From: Spirochaetaceae bacterium
GTDB lineage: Bacteria; Spirochaetota; Spirochaetia; DSM-2461
Direction of reading: 5' to 3'
Length of the DNA: 64,000 nucleotides
NCBI GenBank assembly: GCA_051531975.1
Contig: JAOPTT010000018.1
Span: forward strand, 1 to 64,000
The notes under the pieces were generated by a model, which worked only from the letters and a program-made list of their open reading frames with translations, did not search any database and was not told the DNA's origin. Every line of letters starts with the position of its first letter. The stretch's first letter is position 1. A program made the position numbers and the translations under genes. This document shows positions 1 through 10,515 of the stretch, piece after piece.

Positions 1-77
1 ACTAAAAAAGTTTATGTATTGTTGACATAAATATGTAATTATTATAAAAGTAATACAAAAAAGAGGGGCTTTTAACA

Positions 78-1412
78 TTGTTAGAGAATATAGCAGAAAA
101 ATTTTCAGATATAACTAAACAGTTATCTGGAAAAGGTAAAATTACAGAAAAGAATATTGAAGATGCTGTTCAAGAAATAAAAATTGCTCTGTTAGAAGCT
201 GATGTTAACTTAAGAGTTGTAAGACGATTTGTTAATAGAACTATAGAAGAAGCAAAAGGTGAGAAAGTTTTAAATGCAGTTGATCCAGGTCAACAATTCA
301 CCAAAATTATATACGATAAAATAGTTACCTTATTAGGTGATGAAAATCAAGCTCTAAATTTAAACAGTCCAAATAAGATATCAACTATATTAATGCTAGG
401 TTTACAGGGAGCTGGTAAAACAACAGCATCTGCAAAGCTTGCAAATAAACTAAAAAAAGATGGTCGAAGGCCACTTTTAGTCGCAGCTGACTTAGTTAGA
501 CCTGCGGCAATAGAGCAGTTAAAGGTCTTAGGTAGCCAAATTGATGTCCCAGTTTACTTTGAAGATGGAAAAGATGCAGTAAAAATAGTAAAAAACGCTC
601 TAGACTATGGAAAAAAGAATCAATTTAATACTATAATCATTGATACTGCCGGTAGACTGCAAATTGATACAGATATGATGAAAGAGATCATCGCTGTTAG
701 AGATGCTGTAAGCCCAGATGAGACTATGTTTGTTGCTGATGCAATGACTGGTCAAAATGCCGTAGAAATTGCTAAAAGCTTTGATGAGCAGGTTGGTATT
801 TCCGGTATAATGTTGACAAAATTTGACTCCGACACCCGCGGCGGTGCTGCCCTTTCCCTCAAAAGCAGCACAGGGAAACCTATAAAATTTATAGGTGTTG
901 GAGAAAAAATTGAAGATATAGAACCTTTTTATCCAGAAAGAGTAGCCTCTCGAATTCTGGGTATGGGAGATGTTGTATCTCTTGTAGAGAAGGTTCAGGA
1001 GACTGTAACTCAAGACGAAGCAGAACAGATGCAAAAGAAAATGATGAGTGCTACGTTCACATTGGAAGATTATTTGGATCAGTTTACAAAGCTTAAGAAA
1101 ATGGGATCAATGCAGTCTTTAGTTGGAATGATACCGGGAATGGCTGGTAAAGTATCCGACGAAGATATTGATGAAAAAGGCATGAAAAGAGAAGAAGCAA
1201 TTATTCTCTCAATGACAATTCTTGAAAGGAGAAACCATAGAGTTATTGGTCCTCCGAGGAAAAAAAGAATTGCAGGCGGTAGCGGTACTAGCGTTGCCGA
1301 AGTATCTAGACTTCTGAAAAAGTTCGATAAAATGCGGCTTATGATGAAGAAAGTTACTAAAAATAAAAAATACCAAGCGCAGCTTATGCAGCAGTTTGGC
1401 GGAATGATGTAA
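78..1412 (+). CDS. ffh: Signal recognition particle protein Ffh
   Basis: GLQGAGKTT, DTAGR, TKFD GTPase motifs; Met-rich C-terminal M domain; precedes rpsP. Confidence 0.98.
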   Translation: MLENIAEKFSDITKQLSGKGKITEKNIEDAVQEIKIALLEADVNLRVVRRFVNRTIEEAKGEKVLNAVDPGQQFTKIIYDKIVTLLGDENQALNLNSPNKISTILMLGLQGAGKTTASAKLANKLKKDGRRPLLVAADLVRPAAIEQLKVLGSQIDVPVYFEDGKDAVKIVKNALDYGKKNQFNTIIIDTAGRLQIDTDMMKEIIAVRDAVSPDETMFVADAMTGQNAVEIAKSFDEQVGISGIMLTKFDSDTRGGAALSLKSSTGKPIKFIGVGEKIEDIEPFYPERVASRILGMGDVVSLVEKVQETVTQDEAEQMQKKMMSATFTLEDYLDQFTKLKKMGSMQSLVGMIPGMAGKVSDEDIDEKGMKREEAIILSMTILERRNHRVIGPPRKKRIAGGSGTSVAEVSRLLKKFDKMRLMMKKVTKNKKYQAQLMQQFGGMM

Positions 1413-1427
1413 CAGGAGAAATTGTTA

Positions 1428-1673
1428 ATGGTTAAGATTCGATTAAAAAGATTAGGGGCTAAAAGAAGACCTTATTATAGAATTGTTGTAATGGATTCTC
1501 GAACACCTAGAGATGGACGAGCTATCGAAGAAATTGGTTACTTCCACCCGGTTGAGGCTGAAGATAAACAAATTAGAATAGATCAGGAAAGAGTTGACGC
1601 GTGGATCAAAGATGGTGCACAACCAACAAAAACTGTTAAAAAACTTATTAATAGAGCAAAAGCAGCTAAGTAG
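1428..1673 (+). CDS. rpsP: 30S ribosomal protein S16
   Basis: [28 protein letters not shown] at 1414-1418 favours the ATG at 1428. Confidence 0.98.
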   Translation: MVKIRLKRLGAKRRPYYRIVVMDSRTPRDGRAIEEIGYFHPVEAEDKQIRIDQERVDAWIKDGAQPTKTVKKLINRAKAAK

Positions 1674-1682
1674 TAGGGAATT

Positions 1683-1916
1683 ATGGAAAAAGATCTTGTT
1701 GAATACATAGTGAAATCACTTGTTGATAATCCAGAAAGCGTTGAATTAAACGAGATAGAGGGTGATAAATCCACTATTCTTGAATTAAAAGTAGCTGATG
1801 GTGATATTGGTAAGGTAATTGGAAAGCATGGTAGAATAGCAAGATCAATTCGAACTATCTTAAATGCAACTAATGGCAGTCATGGAAGACGGACTGTATT
1901 GGAAATATTAGATTAA
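1683..1916 (+). CDS. khpA: KH-domain RNA-binding protein KhpA
   Basis: GKVIGKHG KH motif; conserved position between rpsP and rimM. Confidence 0.92.
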   Translation: MEKDLVEYIVKSLVDNPESVELNEIEGDKSTILELKVADGDIGKVIGKHGRIARSIRTILNATNGSHGRRTVLEILD

Positions 1917-1917
1917 T

Positions 1918-2421
1918 ATGAGTCAAATAATTGTTGGTAAAATAAGAACTTCTCATGGAGTTAAAGGCGACTTAAAAGTTCATAGTTCTTCAAATGATTA
2001 TAGTCATTTTTCTAATTTTAAAACTGTTGTTTTAAAAAAAGGTAATAGAACTAAAGAATTTGAAGTTGAAGCTGTTAAAGGTAAAGGTCCTGCAACACTA
2101 CTTAAGCTTAAAGGAATCGATACACCAGAAGAGGGGAAACTCTATACAGGTTATGATATTCTTGTAAATGAAAAATTAAAATCTCCTTGTCAAAAGGGAG
2201 AGTATTACCAATCAGATTTAATTGGCTGTAATCTTATATTCGAAAAAGAAACTTTAGCTACTGTAATCGATATGGTTTACGGTGGTCCAAATGATCTTCT
2301 AGAGGTTAAAAGAGCTGATGACGATAGAGTTGTTTTAGTTCCCTTTAGAAATGAGTTTATTGGCGATGTCAAAATCAAAGATAAAACTATACAGTTAAGA
2401 GTTGATTGGATTTTAGATTAA
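1918..2421 (+). CDS. rimM: Ribosome maturation factor RimM
   Basis: VGKIRTSHGVKG, EYYQSDLIG, VLVPF; synteny. Confidence 0.95.
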   Translation: MSQIIVGKIRTSHGVKGDLKVHSSSNDYSHFSNFKTVVLKKGNRTKEFEVEAVKGKGPATLLKLKGIDTPEEGKLYTGYDILVNEKLKSPCQKGEYYQSDLIGCNLIFEKETLATVIDMVYGGPNDLLEVKRADDDRVVLVPFRNEFIGDVKIKDKTIQLRVDWILD

Positions 2422-3090
2422 ATGAAATTTAAAATTTTAACACTTTTTCCTGAGATTATAGAAGGTTTTTTTAACTCTTCAATTATGGCAAAAGCTGTAG
2501 AAAAAGGGTTAGTTGAATATCAGATAATAAACATCCGTGATTATGCTTTTGATAAACATAATAAATGTGATGATTATCCCTTTGGTGGAGGGGCTGGAAT
2601 GGTACTTAAAGCAGAGCCTTTGGCGTTGGCTTTAGATTCTATAAAAGCAGAAACCAAAACTGTTGTATTTCCTACTCCCTCAGGAGTAAAATATACGCAG
2701 AAATTAGCTGAGAAATTTGCTAAAGAGAATGAGATAGTATTAATCTGTGGTCGTTACGAAGGTATAGACCAAAGAATAATAGATGAATACGTTGATCATG
2801 AAGTTTCTATAGGGGACTATGTTATATCCTCTGGTGAAATATCATCTTTAGTAGTTATTGACAGTATATATAGACTTTGTGACGGTGTAATAACGAAAGA
2901 GTCCTTAAAAGAGGAGAGCTTTCAGGGTAAGTATTTAGAATACCCACATTATACCAGACCTGCAGAGTTTAGAGGCCTTAAGGTTCCCGAAGTTTTACTT
3001 TCTGGAAATCATAAGGTTATTGAAGAGTGGCGAAATAAAAAGCGCTACGAAAAAACCTTAAATTACAGACCGGATCTTTTAAAAGATTAG
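2422..3090 (+). CDS. trmD: tRNA (guanine-N1)-methyltransferase
   Basis: DDYPFGGGAGMV, ICGRYEGIDQR, EYPHYTRP. Confidence 0.98.
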   Translation: MKFKILTLFPEIIEGFFNSSIMAKAVEKGLVEYQIINIRDYAFDKHNKCDDYPFGGGAGMVLKAEPLALALDSIKAETKTVVFPTPSGVKYTQKLAEKFAKENEIVLICGRYEGIDQRIIDEYVDHEVSIGDYVISSGEISSLVVIDSIYRLCDGVITKESLKEESFQGKYLEYPHYTRPAEFRGLKVPEVLLSGNHKVIEEWRNKKRYEKTLNYRPDLLKD

Positions 3091-3106
3091 GGTCGAAGGA
3101 TAAATA

Positions 3107-3463
3107 ATGGATATCATAAAAGCAGTAGAAGCTACACAGTTAAAAGAAAACGCTGAAAACTTCAATGTTGGAGATACTGTTAAAGTATATTACCGAATTG
3201 TTGAAGGAACTACGGAAAGGGTTCAGCTTTATGAAGGTTTAGTAATTGCTAAAGCAAATGCTGGTCTTAGAAGAACATTTACTGTTAGAAAAATTTCATT
3301 CAATGTTGGTGTTGAGAGAGTTTTCCCTTTACACTCACAAAGAATTGAAAAAGTCGAAGTTACTAGAACTGGTAAGGTTCGAAGAGCTAAACTTTACTAC
3401 ATTCGAGAAAGAGTTGGTAAAAAAGCTAAAGTTAAAGAGCTTATCAGAAAAAAAGCTAGATAA
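3107..3463 (+). CDS. rplS: 50S ribosomal protein L19
   Basis: [29 protein letters not shown]. Confidence 0.98.
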   Translation: MDIIKAVEATQLKENAENFNVGDTVKVYYRIVEGTTERVQLYEGLVIAKANAGLRRTFTVRKISFNVGVERVFPLHSQRIEKVEVTRTGKVRRAKLYYIRERVGKKAKVKELIRKKAR

Positions 3464-3476
3464 TTTTGAAATCTTT

Positions 3477-3505
3477 AAAACTACCCAATTGGGTAGTTTT
3501 TTTTT
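3477..3505 (+). terminator. Intrinsic terminator of the ffh-rplS operon
   Basis: AAAACTACCC-AATT-GGGTAGTTTT hairpin running into a T9 tract. Confidence 0.9.
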
Positions 3506-3507
3506 GC

Positions 3508-3551
3508 AAAAAAAAAGCATGCTAAATATATTTCTATAATTAGCATGCTTT
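3508..3551 (-). terminator. Intrinsic terminator of groES
   Basis: AAAGCATGCTAA...TTAGCATGCTTT inverted repeat with an A9 run (U tract on the minus strand). Confidence 0.8.
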
Positions 3552-3567
3552 AGTAGGTTTTATATTA

Positions 3568-3834
3568 TTACTCTATAATAGCAATTATATCCTGCATCTG
3601 TACAATTAAGTGATCATCACCATCAATTTTGATAGCTGTACCAGCATATTTATCATACATTACTTTATCTCCCACTTTCACAGTTATAACATCAGTATCA
3701 TCACCAATTGTAACAACGATACCCTCCTGTGTCTTTTCTTGTGCTGTTTGTGGTATAAAAAGTCCAGATGCTGTTCTAGTCTCAGCTTCCTCTGTTTTAA
3801 TTAATACTCTGTCTGCTAAAGGTCTAACTTTCAC
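3568..3834 (-). CDS. groES: Co-chaperonin GroES (no adjacent groEL)
   Basis: VRPLADRVL, TASGLFIP, VKVGDKVMYDKYAG; GTG start with GAGGAG SD. Confidence 0.97.
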   Translation of the reverse strand: MKVRPLADRVLIKTEEAETRTASGLFIPQTAQEKTQEGIVVTIGDDTDVITVKVGDKVMYDKYAGTAIKIDGDDHLIVQMQDIIAIIE

Positions 3835-3869
3835 AATTATCTCCTCTTATATAGTTAAAAACTATTTAC

Positions 3870-3898
3870 AATATAATCGATAAAACTGCCATGGGCAA
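3870..3898 (-). promoter_or_regulatory. Putative sigma70 promoter of groES
   Basis: TTGCCC-N17-TATATT on the minus strand. Confidence 0.55.
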
Positions 3899-3980
3899 TA
3901 TTTTACTAGTTTTTTTCTTATTTATTTGTCTTTTCATTAAATAAATATTATTTTTTTATTATTAGAGGTAATTAATACAA

Positions 3981-4259
3981 ATGGAAGATTTTAAGATTTT
4001 TAAAACGGTGCAAATTAAAAAGTATTGTACTGAAAAGAAATGTAAAATAAAAACTAAAACACCAGAGTGGGATATGATAAATGATCTGATAATTGATTAT
4101 TGGTCAGATTTAATTGCAACTGGTTATATAAATAATAAAACAGAACAAGAGAAGGTTCATATTTTTTCTTCCTTAACCATAATATTCCCTTATACTACAA
4201 TTCCTTCTACGTGGTTAGATGGTATCGATTATGTGGATTTTAAATCATATCAGATATAG
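3981..4259 (+). CDS. Hypothetical protein (92 aa)
   Basis: ORF with GAGG SD, followed by a small hairpin TGGGT-N7-ACCCA; no family recognised. Confidence 0.7.
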   Translation: MEDFKIFKTVQIKKYCTEKKCKIKTKTPEWDMINDLIIDYWSDLIATGYINNKTEQEKVHIFSSLTIIFPYTTIPSTWLDGIDYVDFKSYQI

Positions 4260-4403
4260 TGGGTTATACTGACCCAATAAATAAATAATAAAAATAAAAT
4301 AGGTAATAATGACACATATTAACAGTAATTAAAAATTATTGAGTAATTTTGACTCATCACTGGATTAATCACTCTTCTAAGTCCCTCAAAGACCATTTAA
4401 AAG

Positions 4404-4420
4404 TTGGCACATCTTTTGCA
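4404..4420 (+). promoter_or_regulatory. sigma54 (-24/-12) promoter
   Basis: TTGGCAC-ATCTT-TTGCA, an exact TGGCAC-N5-TTGC consensus, 33 nt before the ATG at 4454. Confidence 0.88.
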
Positions 4421-4453
4421 TTACTATTCGTATTAGTTCCTATGGAGGATACA

Positions 4454-5293
4454 ATGGTTAAAAACAATGATGAAAACATATTAGCAATATATTTAGAAGA
4501 AATTAATAGAATACCTTTATTAACAAGAGAAGAAGAAGATGACATAGCAAGAAAAGCCCTGGGTGGTGATTCCGATGCTAAAGATAAACTTGTTACTTCT
4601 AACCTACGATTTGTAGTAAACGTAGCAAAAAAATATAGAAATAATGGAATACCACTAGATGATATAATAAACGAAGGTAATTTAGGGCTTATGACTGCTG
4701 TAGATAAATTTGATCCAGATAAAGGGTATCATTTTATCTCTTATGCTGTTTGGTGGATCAGACAGTCCATTTTGAAGGCAGTTTGTGAAAAATCTAGATC
4801 TATTAGATTACCTTTAAATAGAGCAAATGAATTAGTTCAAATTCAAAAGGCTAAAAAAGAAATCTCTTCAATTACAGGAGAGCATGTTGATACTAAAGAA
4901 GTTGCAGCTATATTAGGAATGGATAGTCATAAGGTGCAAGAATTACTAGATATTTCCCAAGATTTAATATCTTTAGATACACCTATTTCAGATGGTGCTG
5001 ATTCTGGGAACTTAGGTGATATTGTTGAATCTATGTATAAATCACCTGAAGAAGAAGCTTTAGATCACTCATTAAAAGATAGTATTAATACACAACTTGA
5101 ACTTTTAAATCCAAAAGAATCTTTAATTATCAATCATAGATTTGGATTAAATAATTTAGAACCTCTATCACTACGAGCAATTGGAGATCAACTAGGTGTT
5201 ACTAAAGAAAGAGTAAGGCAGATTGAAAAGAAAGCACTTGATAAATTAAGAAATTTTGTAAGTAGTGATTCACTACAAGCTTTTATCGCATAA
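4454..5293 (+). CDS. Alternative sigma70-family factor lacking region 1.1 (RpoS-like)
   Basis: NLRFVVNVAKKY, DIINEGNLGL, FISYAVWWIRQ, GVTKERVRQIE; GGAGG SD at 4444-4448 sets the start at 4454. Confidence 0.92.
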   Translation: MVKNNDENILAIYLEEINRIPLLTREEEDDIARKALGGDSDAKDKLVTSNLRFVVNVAKKYRNNGIPLDDIINEGNLGLMTAVDKFDPDKGYHFISYAVWWIRQSILKAVCEKSRSIRLPLNRANELVQIQKAKKEISSITGEHVDTKEVAAILGMDSHKVQELLDISQDLISLDTPISDGADSGNLGDIVESMYKSPEEEALDHSLKDSINTQLELLNPKESLIINHRFGLNNLEPLSLRAIGDQLGVTKERVRQIEKKALDKLRNFVSSDSLQAFIA

Positions 5294-5358
5294 AAAAAAG
5301 TTTGACTTCCCTCATAAAGAATATAACTATTAGTTATAATAGATAAGGGGAAGTAGTT

Positions 5359-8013
5359 ATGGAGAGTAAAAGAGTATATTTCTTTGGTAATGGTTCTGCA
5401 GAAGGTGCAGCATCTATGAAACACCTGTTAGGTGGTAAAGGTGCAAATATAGCAGAAATGACAAATTTAGGTATACCAGTACCTCCAGGCTTCACAATAT
5501 CTACAGAGGTTTGTAGAGAGTACTCGGAAGGTAATAATGCCTATTCTGATTCAGTTACAAAAGAAATTGAAAAACATATAGTAAAATTAGAAGAGATAAC
5601 TGGTAAAAAGTTTGGAGATGATAAAGCTCCACTTTTGGTATCAGTTCGTTCAGGTGCTGCAGTATCAATGCCTGGAATGATGGATACAGTTCTTAACCTT
5701 GGTATGAATTCAAAGTCTGTAGTTGCCGTAGGTAAAAATAGTGGCAATCCAAGATTTGCATGGGATTCATATCGAAGATTTATTCAGATGTTTGGAGATG
5801 TGGTTATGGGTGTTCCTCATAAACTATTCGAAGAAAAATTATCTGGAGTAAAGACATTCCATAACTATGAAACAGATACAGACTTAACTGTTGAAGACCT
5901 TAAAGATGTAGTTACACAGTTTAAAGATGTTTATAGATCTAAAACAGGTCAGGATTTTCCAGAAGACCCAATTAAGCAACTCTGGTCTGCCATAGGTGCT
6001 GTATTTGGTTCTTGGGATAATGAAAGAGCTATAAAATATCGAACAATAAATAAAATAGATGGTTTAATTGGTACAGCTGTAAATGTTCAATCGATGGTTT
6101 TTGGAAACTTTGGTGATGATTCAGGTACAGGTGTTTGTTTTTCTAGAGACCCTGCAACAGGTGATAACTACTTTTACGGAGAGTATTTAATGAATGCTCA
6201 AGGGGAAGATGTTGTTGCTGGAATTAGAACACCAATGAAACTTAGTAGTCTAAAAGATGCTAATAGCAATATATATACAGAATTGTTAAATGTCAAAACC
6301 AGACTTGAAAATCACTATAGAGATATGCAGGATATGGAATTTACTATAGAAAAGGGAAAATTATTTTTACTGCAAACCCGTAATGGTAAAAGAACAGGGC
6401 AAGCTGCAGTAAAAGTAGCTGTTGATTTAGTCGAACAGGGGTTAATAGATAGGGAAGAAGCACTTCTTAGAGTAACTCCTGAACAATTAGACCAACTACT
6501 TCACCCGATGATTGATCCAGCAACACTAAACTCATTAACCTCAGTTGCGACAGGATTAAATGCATCTCCAGGTGCTGCATGTGGAGAAATAGTTTTTTCG
6601 CCAGAGGATGCAGAAGTTAAAGCACAAAAGGGTATAGCTGTATTATTAGTAAGAAAAGAGACCTCACCAGAAGATATTGGTGGAATGAATGCTGCTGAAG
6701 GTATCTTAACAGCAACAGGTGGAATGACAAGCCATGCAGCTGTTGTTGCAAGAGGAATGGGTAAACCATGTGTTGCAGGTTGTAAAGCTGTACAAATCTC
6801 AGGAAAAGCTATGAAAATAGGTCCTAATTATTATAGAGAAGGGGATATTATAACAATTGATGGTAGTACAGGTAATGTTTATAGTGGAAAGTGTGAATTA
6901 GTATTCCCAAAACTTACTGCTGAACTTGAAGTATTTCTAAGTTGGAGTGACGATGTTAGAGCTGGAGCTACCCGGGATGGTATAAAAAAAGGTTTCGATG
7001 TTAGAGCAAATGCTGATCTTCCTGCGGATGCAATTAGAGCTAGGGAATTTGGTGCTGTAGGTATTGGTCTTTGTAGAACAGAGCATATGTTTTTTGAAGA
7101 AGAAAAACTTGAACATTTTAGACGTATGATTGTTGCTGATAGCCTTAGTGAAAGGGTTGAAGCTTTAGAGACAATTAAACAGATGCAGATCGATGACTTT
7201 GTAGGACTATTTACTGTTATGGATAACTTACCTGTAACAATAAGATTATTAGACCCTCCATTACATGAGTTTGTTCCAGGAGACGAATTTGATAGTTTAG
7301 CTAAAATGTTACATAAAAATGTTGATGAATTAAAGATGAGAATAGAGTCTTTAAAAGAACAAAATCCAATGTTAGGTCATAGAGGTTGTAGACTTGGGAT
7401 AACATATCCAGAAATATATGATATGCAAGTTGAAGCAATTATTACTGGAGCCATAGAATGCCAGAATAAAGGTATTAAAGTATTTCCAGAAATAATGATT
7501 CCTCTTGTAGGGACTGTTAATGAGTTAAAAATATTACGAGAAAAAGCTCAGGCAGTTATAGATAAGATTTTTTCTGATACTAAACAAAAGGTTCCATACC
7601 TAATTGGTACTATGATCGAAATACCAAGAGCTGCATTAACTGCAGATGATATCGCAGAGTATGCAGATTTTTTCTCTTTTGGTACAAATGATTTAACTCA
7701 AATGACATTTGGATATTCTAGAGATGATGTAGGTTCTTTTGTTCCTGAATATCTAAGTAAAAAGATTCTAAAGGATGATCCTTTTCAGGTCTTAGACCAA
7801 GAGGGTGTTGGTCTTCTTGTTAAAACTGCTGTAGATAAAGGAAGGAGTGTTAAAAAAGATCTTAAGATGTCTATTTGTGGTGAACATGGTGGTGAACCTA
7901 AATCTATTGAGTTTGTCTACAAAGCCGGACTTAATGTAATTTCTTGTTCACCTTTTAGAATTCCATTAGCAAGATTAGCTGGAGCACAATCGGTTATAAG
8001 GAATAGGAAATAG
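5359..8013 (+). CDS. ppdK: Pyruvate, phosphate dikinase
   Basis: LLGGKGANIAEM, SVRSGAAVSMPGMMDT, GGMTSHAAVVAR phospho-His motif, FSFGTNDLTQ. Confidence 0.98.
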   Translation: MESKRVYFFGNGSAEGAASMKHLLGGKGANIAEMTNLGIPVPPGFTISTEVCREYSEGNNAYSDSVTKEIEKHIVKLEEITGKKFGDDKAPLLVSVRSGAAVSMPGMMDTVLNLGMNSKSVVAVGKNSGNPRFAWDSYRRFIQMFGDVVMGVPHKLFEEKLSGVKTFHNYETDTDLTVEDLKDVVTQFKDVYRSKTGQDFPEDPIKQLWSAIGAVFGSWDNERAIKYRTINKIDGLIGTAVNVQSMVFGNFGDDSGTGVCFSRDPATGDNYFYGEYLMNAQGEDVVAGIRTPMKLSSLKDANSNIYTELLNVKTRLENHYRDMQDMEFTIEKGKLFLLQTRNGKRTGQAAVKVAVDLVEQGLIDREEALLRVTPEQLDQLLHPMIDPATLNSLTSVATGLNASPGAACGEIVFSPEDAEVKAQKGIAVLLVRKETSPEDIGGMNAAEGILTATGGMTSHAAVVARGMGKPCVAGCKAVQISGKAMKIGPNYYREGDIITIDGSTGNVYSGKCELVFPKLTAELEVFLSWSDDVRAGATRDGIKKGFDVRANADLPADAIRAREFGAVGIGLCRTEHMFFEEEKLEHFRRMIVADSLSERVEALETIKQMQIDDFVGLFTVMDNLPVTIRLLDPPLHEFVPGDEFDSLAKMLHKNVDELKMRIESLKEQNPMLGHRGCRLGITYPEIYDMQVEAIITGAIECQNKGIKVFPEIMIPLVGTVNELKILREKAQAVIDKIFSDTKQKVPYLIGTMIEIPRAALTADDIAEYADFFSFGTNDLTQMTFGYSRDDVGSFVPEYLSKKILKDDPFQVLDQEGVGLLVKTAVDKGRSVKKDLKMSICGEHGGEPKSIEFVYKAGLNVISCSPFRIPLARLAGAQSVIRNRK

Positions 8014-8038
8014 TTTTTAAATATGTATAATAGTATTT

Positions 8039-8746
8039 ATGACGAACTATTTAACTATTAAAAAAATATTATTAGATAGCGTTGCCCTTTATAGGGCACA
8101 CGCTTTATATATTACAGTACTAATAGGTGCTGTAATAGCACCATATACTCTTATCATCACAAATGAAGAATTACCAGATTCTGTAGTCATCATAATTCCC
8201 ATTTTTATTATATTATTAATGTTAGTAGAGATGATAAGCACTATATTAGCTTCTACGGGTTATGTAGAAAAACAATTTTTAATTATTGATGAGATTAAAA
8301 GTAATATTCTTAGAGCAATTCCATACCTATTTATTACTTTATTGGCTGTTTTAATTGCTTTTTTAGGAGTATCAATACTTGTTATCCCAGGAATTATAGC
8401 AACTATAGTCTTTAGCATTATCAAAGTAGATTATTCAATAAGTGGACGTAAAATTAATGAATCCTTTAAAGAAGTTATTAAAATGCTTAAGTTTGGATCA
8501 TTTATCAAAGTATTAAAAATTTATTTACTACCTATTGGTTTACAATTTATATTAGGATTATTATTAAATCCGTTGCTTAAACCACTATTAAGCTCAGCTA
8601 CTTTAGAGCAAGATATTTTAAATATATACCCATATATTACAGTTGCTTTAGTTCTTATATTTCCTGTAGCTATATGTTTTAGGACAGCAGTATATTTTAA
8701 TATGGTAAAACAATATCAGTTAAATTCTACCAACCAACTCGTATAA
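8039..8746 (+). CDS. Hypothetical multi-pass membrane protein
   Basis: About 5-6 hydrophobic segments; LVIPGII motif typical of YciC/DUF7544-like membrane proteins. Confidence 0.75.
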   Translation: MTNYLTIKKILLDSVALYRAHALYITVLIGAVIAPYTLIITNEELPDSVVIIIPIFIILLMLVEMISTILASTGYVEKQFLIIDEIKSNILRAIPYLFITLLAVLIAFLGVSILVIPGIIATIVFSIIKVDYSISGRKINESFKEVIKMLKFGSFIKVLKIYLLPIGLQFILGLLLNPLLKPLLSSATLEQDILNIYPYITVALVLIFPVAICFRTAVYFNMVKQYQLNSTNQLV

Positions 8747-10468
8747 CTCTTTTTTAGATAGTTCAAACCATATAGGCCGGCCATGGGGGCATCTAGCTTG
8801 TTCTAAAGAAAATGCTCCATCAATTAATTCTCTAGCAGCGATGTCATCTATAGGATCACCTTCCTTTATTGCGCTTCGACAAGCTAAAGTATCAAATAAA
8901 TCCCTCTGAATATCCTCTTTAGTTCCCTTCTTGGTCTTAATAAAATCAATTATTTCACTATCTAATAGTTTACAAAAACTAGGTAAAGAAGTTACTTCCC
9001 AATTATCGTTATTCTTTCTATTTATCTTTATACCAAGATCAATATATGTCTGGATATTTTTATCAATTAAGTACCTATCTTCCTCAGTCACATCAAATTC
9101 AATAGGTAATAATAGATCCTGTGAATTTACTGCTAAAGATGCAATTTTGTTATATAAAATAATTTCATGGGTCGCATGTTGATCCACAACATATAATGTA
9201 TTATCTTTTTCAACTAGTAAAAATACACCCATGATTTGACCTAAATAATTGTAGGAACTAGAGAAAGTATTAGGGAGATCCTTAGTTGTTTGAAATGTTG
9301 GTGCCTTTTCTAAAAAGGAATCAAATCTTTCTTTTGGAACATAACTATTAACATTTTGTTCTTTATTTGAAAAAGATTTTATATTACTAATATTATTTGA
9401 GTTGTTATTAAAACTATTTTTAACCTGAAATAATTCACTTATGCTTTCTGAGTTAGATTTTGAAGATGTTAATAGATTATAGTGATATTCTGATAAAAAC
9501 GATTTAATAAGTTCAACTAATCTATGATGTATCGTTTGTAAGTTTCTAAATTTTGCTTCTTTTTTAGCTGGGTGAATATTGAAATCTATAAGTGCTGGAT
9601 CAACATCTATAAAAATGAATGCAATTGGAAAGTTACCTCCAGGTAGAACCTCATTATAACCGTATTGTAGTGCTTGAATAAAAGCAAATTCGGTAATTCG
9701 TCTTTTGTTAGTATAAATATGCATATATTTTCTGTCTTTTCTATGTAGTTCAGGTCTACCTAATACAGCACTAATTGTAAAACCTTCACCCTGACATGAA
9801 ACTTGTCCTAATAAAGAAGCATTAAACTTACCTTTAAAACTATTCATAACTCTTTCTTTGAGATCTGACTTTGGTAAAAATAGCTCTAATTTGTCATCTT
9901 TATAAAATTTGAAATTTATATCGGGAAATGGCAGTGCCTTTTCTAAAAATGCATTTCTACATAGTGTTGCCTCAGATGAGGGTTTTTTTAAGAACTTTCG
10001 CCTTGCAGGGATTGAGAAGAACAGGTCTGAAGCATTTATTATTGAACCCTTAGAACCTCTAAATTCCTCTAATGATATAAATTCTCCACCATGCACAACT
10101 AATTTGTAGGCTTCACAGTTCTCTTGTTTACTTACAATATTAAGTTTTGTACATGTTGATATACTAGATAAAGCTTCACCTCTAAATCCTAAACTAGATA
10201 ATGTTAGTAGATCATCTTCTGTCATTATTTTGCTAGTAGCGTGGGGAAGATAGCAGATTTCTAAATCTTCACGACTCATTCCAGTACCATTATCAACAAT
10301 TCTTATATTAGATATACCACCATTTTCAATATATATTGAGATATCTTTGCTGTTTGCATCAATGGAGTTATCTAGTAATTCTCTAACAACAGAATATGGT
10401 CTATCAATAACTTCGCCAGCAGCAATTTTTTTTGCAACAATATCATTTAATCTTCTTATAGGTTTCAT
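8720..10468 (-). CDS. mutL: DNA mismatch repair protein MutL
   Basis: KIAAGEVIDRP, GFRGEAL, endonuclease motifs DQHATHE, ACR and CPHGRP. Confidence 0.98.
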   Translation of the reverse strand: MKPIRRLNDIVAKKIAAGEVIDRPYSVVRELLDNSIDANSKDISIYIENGGISNIRIVDNGTGMSREDLEICYLPHATSKIMTEDDLLTLSSLGFRGEALSSISTCTKLNIVSKQENCEAYKLVVHGGEFISLEEFRGSKGSIINASDLFFSIPARRKFLKKPSSEATLCRNAFLEKALPFPDINFKFYKDDKLELFLPKSDLKERVMNSFKGKFNASLLGQVSCQGEGFTISAVLGRPELHRKDRKYMHIYTNKRRITEFAFIQALQYGYNEVLPGGNFPIAFIFIDVDPALIDFNIHPAKKEAKFRNLQTIHHRLVELIKSFLSEYHYNLLTSSKSNSESISELFQVKNSFNNNSNNISNIKSFSNKEQNVNSYVPKERFDSFLEKAPTFQTTKDLPNTFSSSYNYLGQIMGVFLLVEKDNTLYVVDQHATHEIILYNKIASLAVNSQDLLLPIEFDVTEEDRYLIDKNIQTYIDLGIKINRKNNDNWEVTSLPSFCKLLDSEIIDFIKTKKGTKEDIQRDLFDTLACRSAIKEGDPIDDIAARELIDGAFSLEQARCPHGRPIWFELSKKELYELVGRI

Positions 10469-10515
10469 ATTTATATATTAGCAAAAAAAATAATATTGTA
10501 TAAGTAGAACTATAA

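Noticed and set aside
3514..3551. CIRCE/HrcA operator near groES
   Set aside because: Lies downstream of groES and does not match TTAGCACTC-N9-GAGTGCTAA; better explained as a terminator
4349..4453. N-terminal extension of the sigma factor
   Set aside because: Overlaps the sigma54 promoter; a strong SD precedes the ATG at 4454
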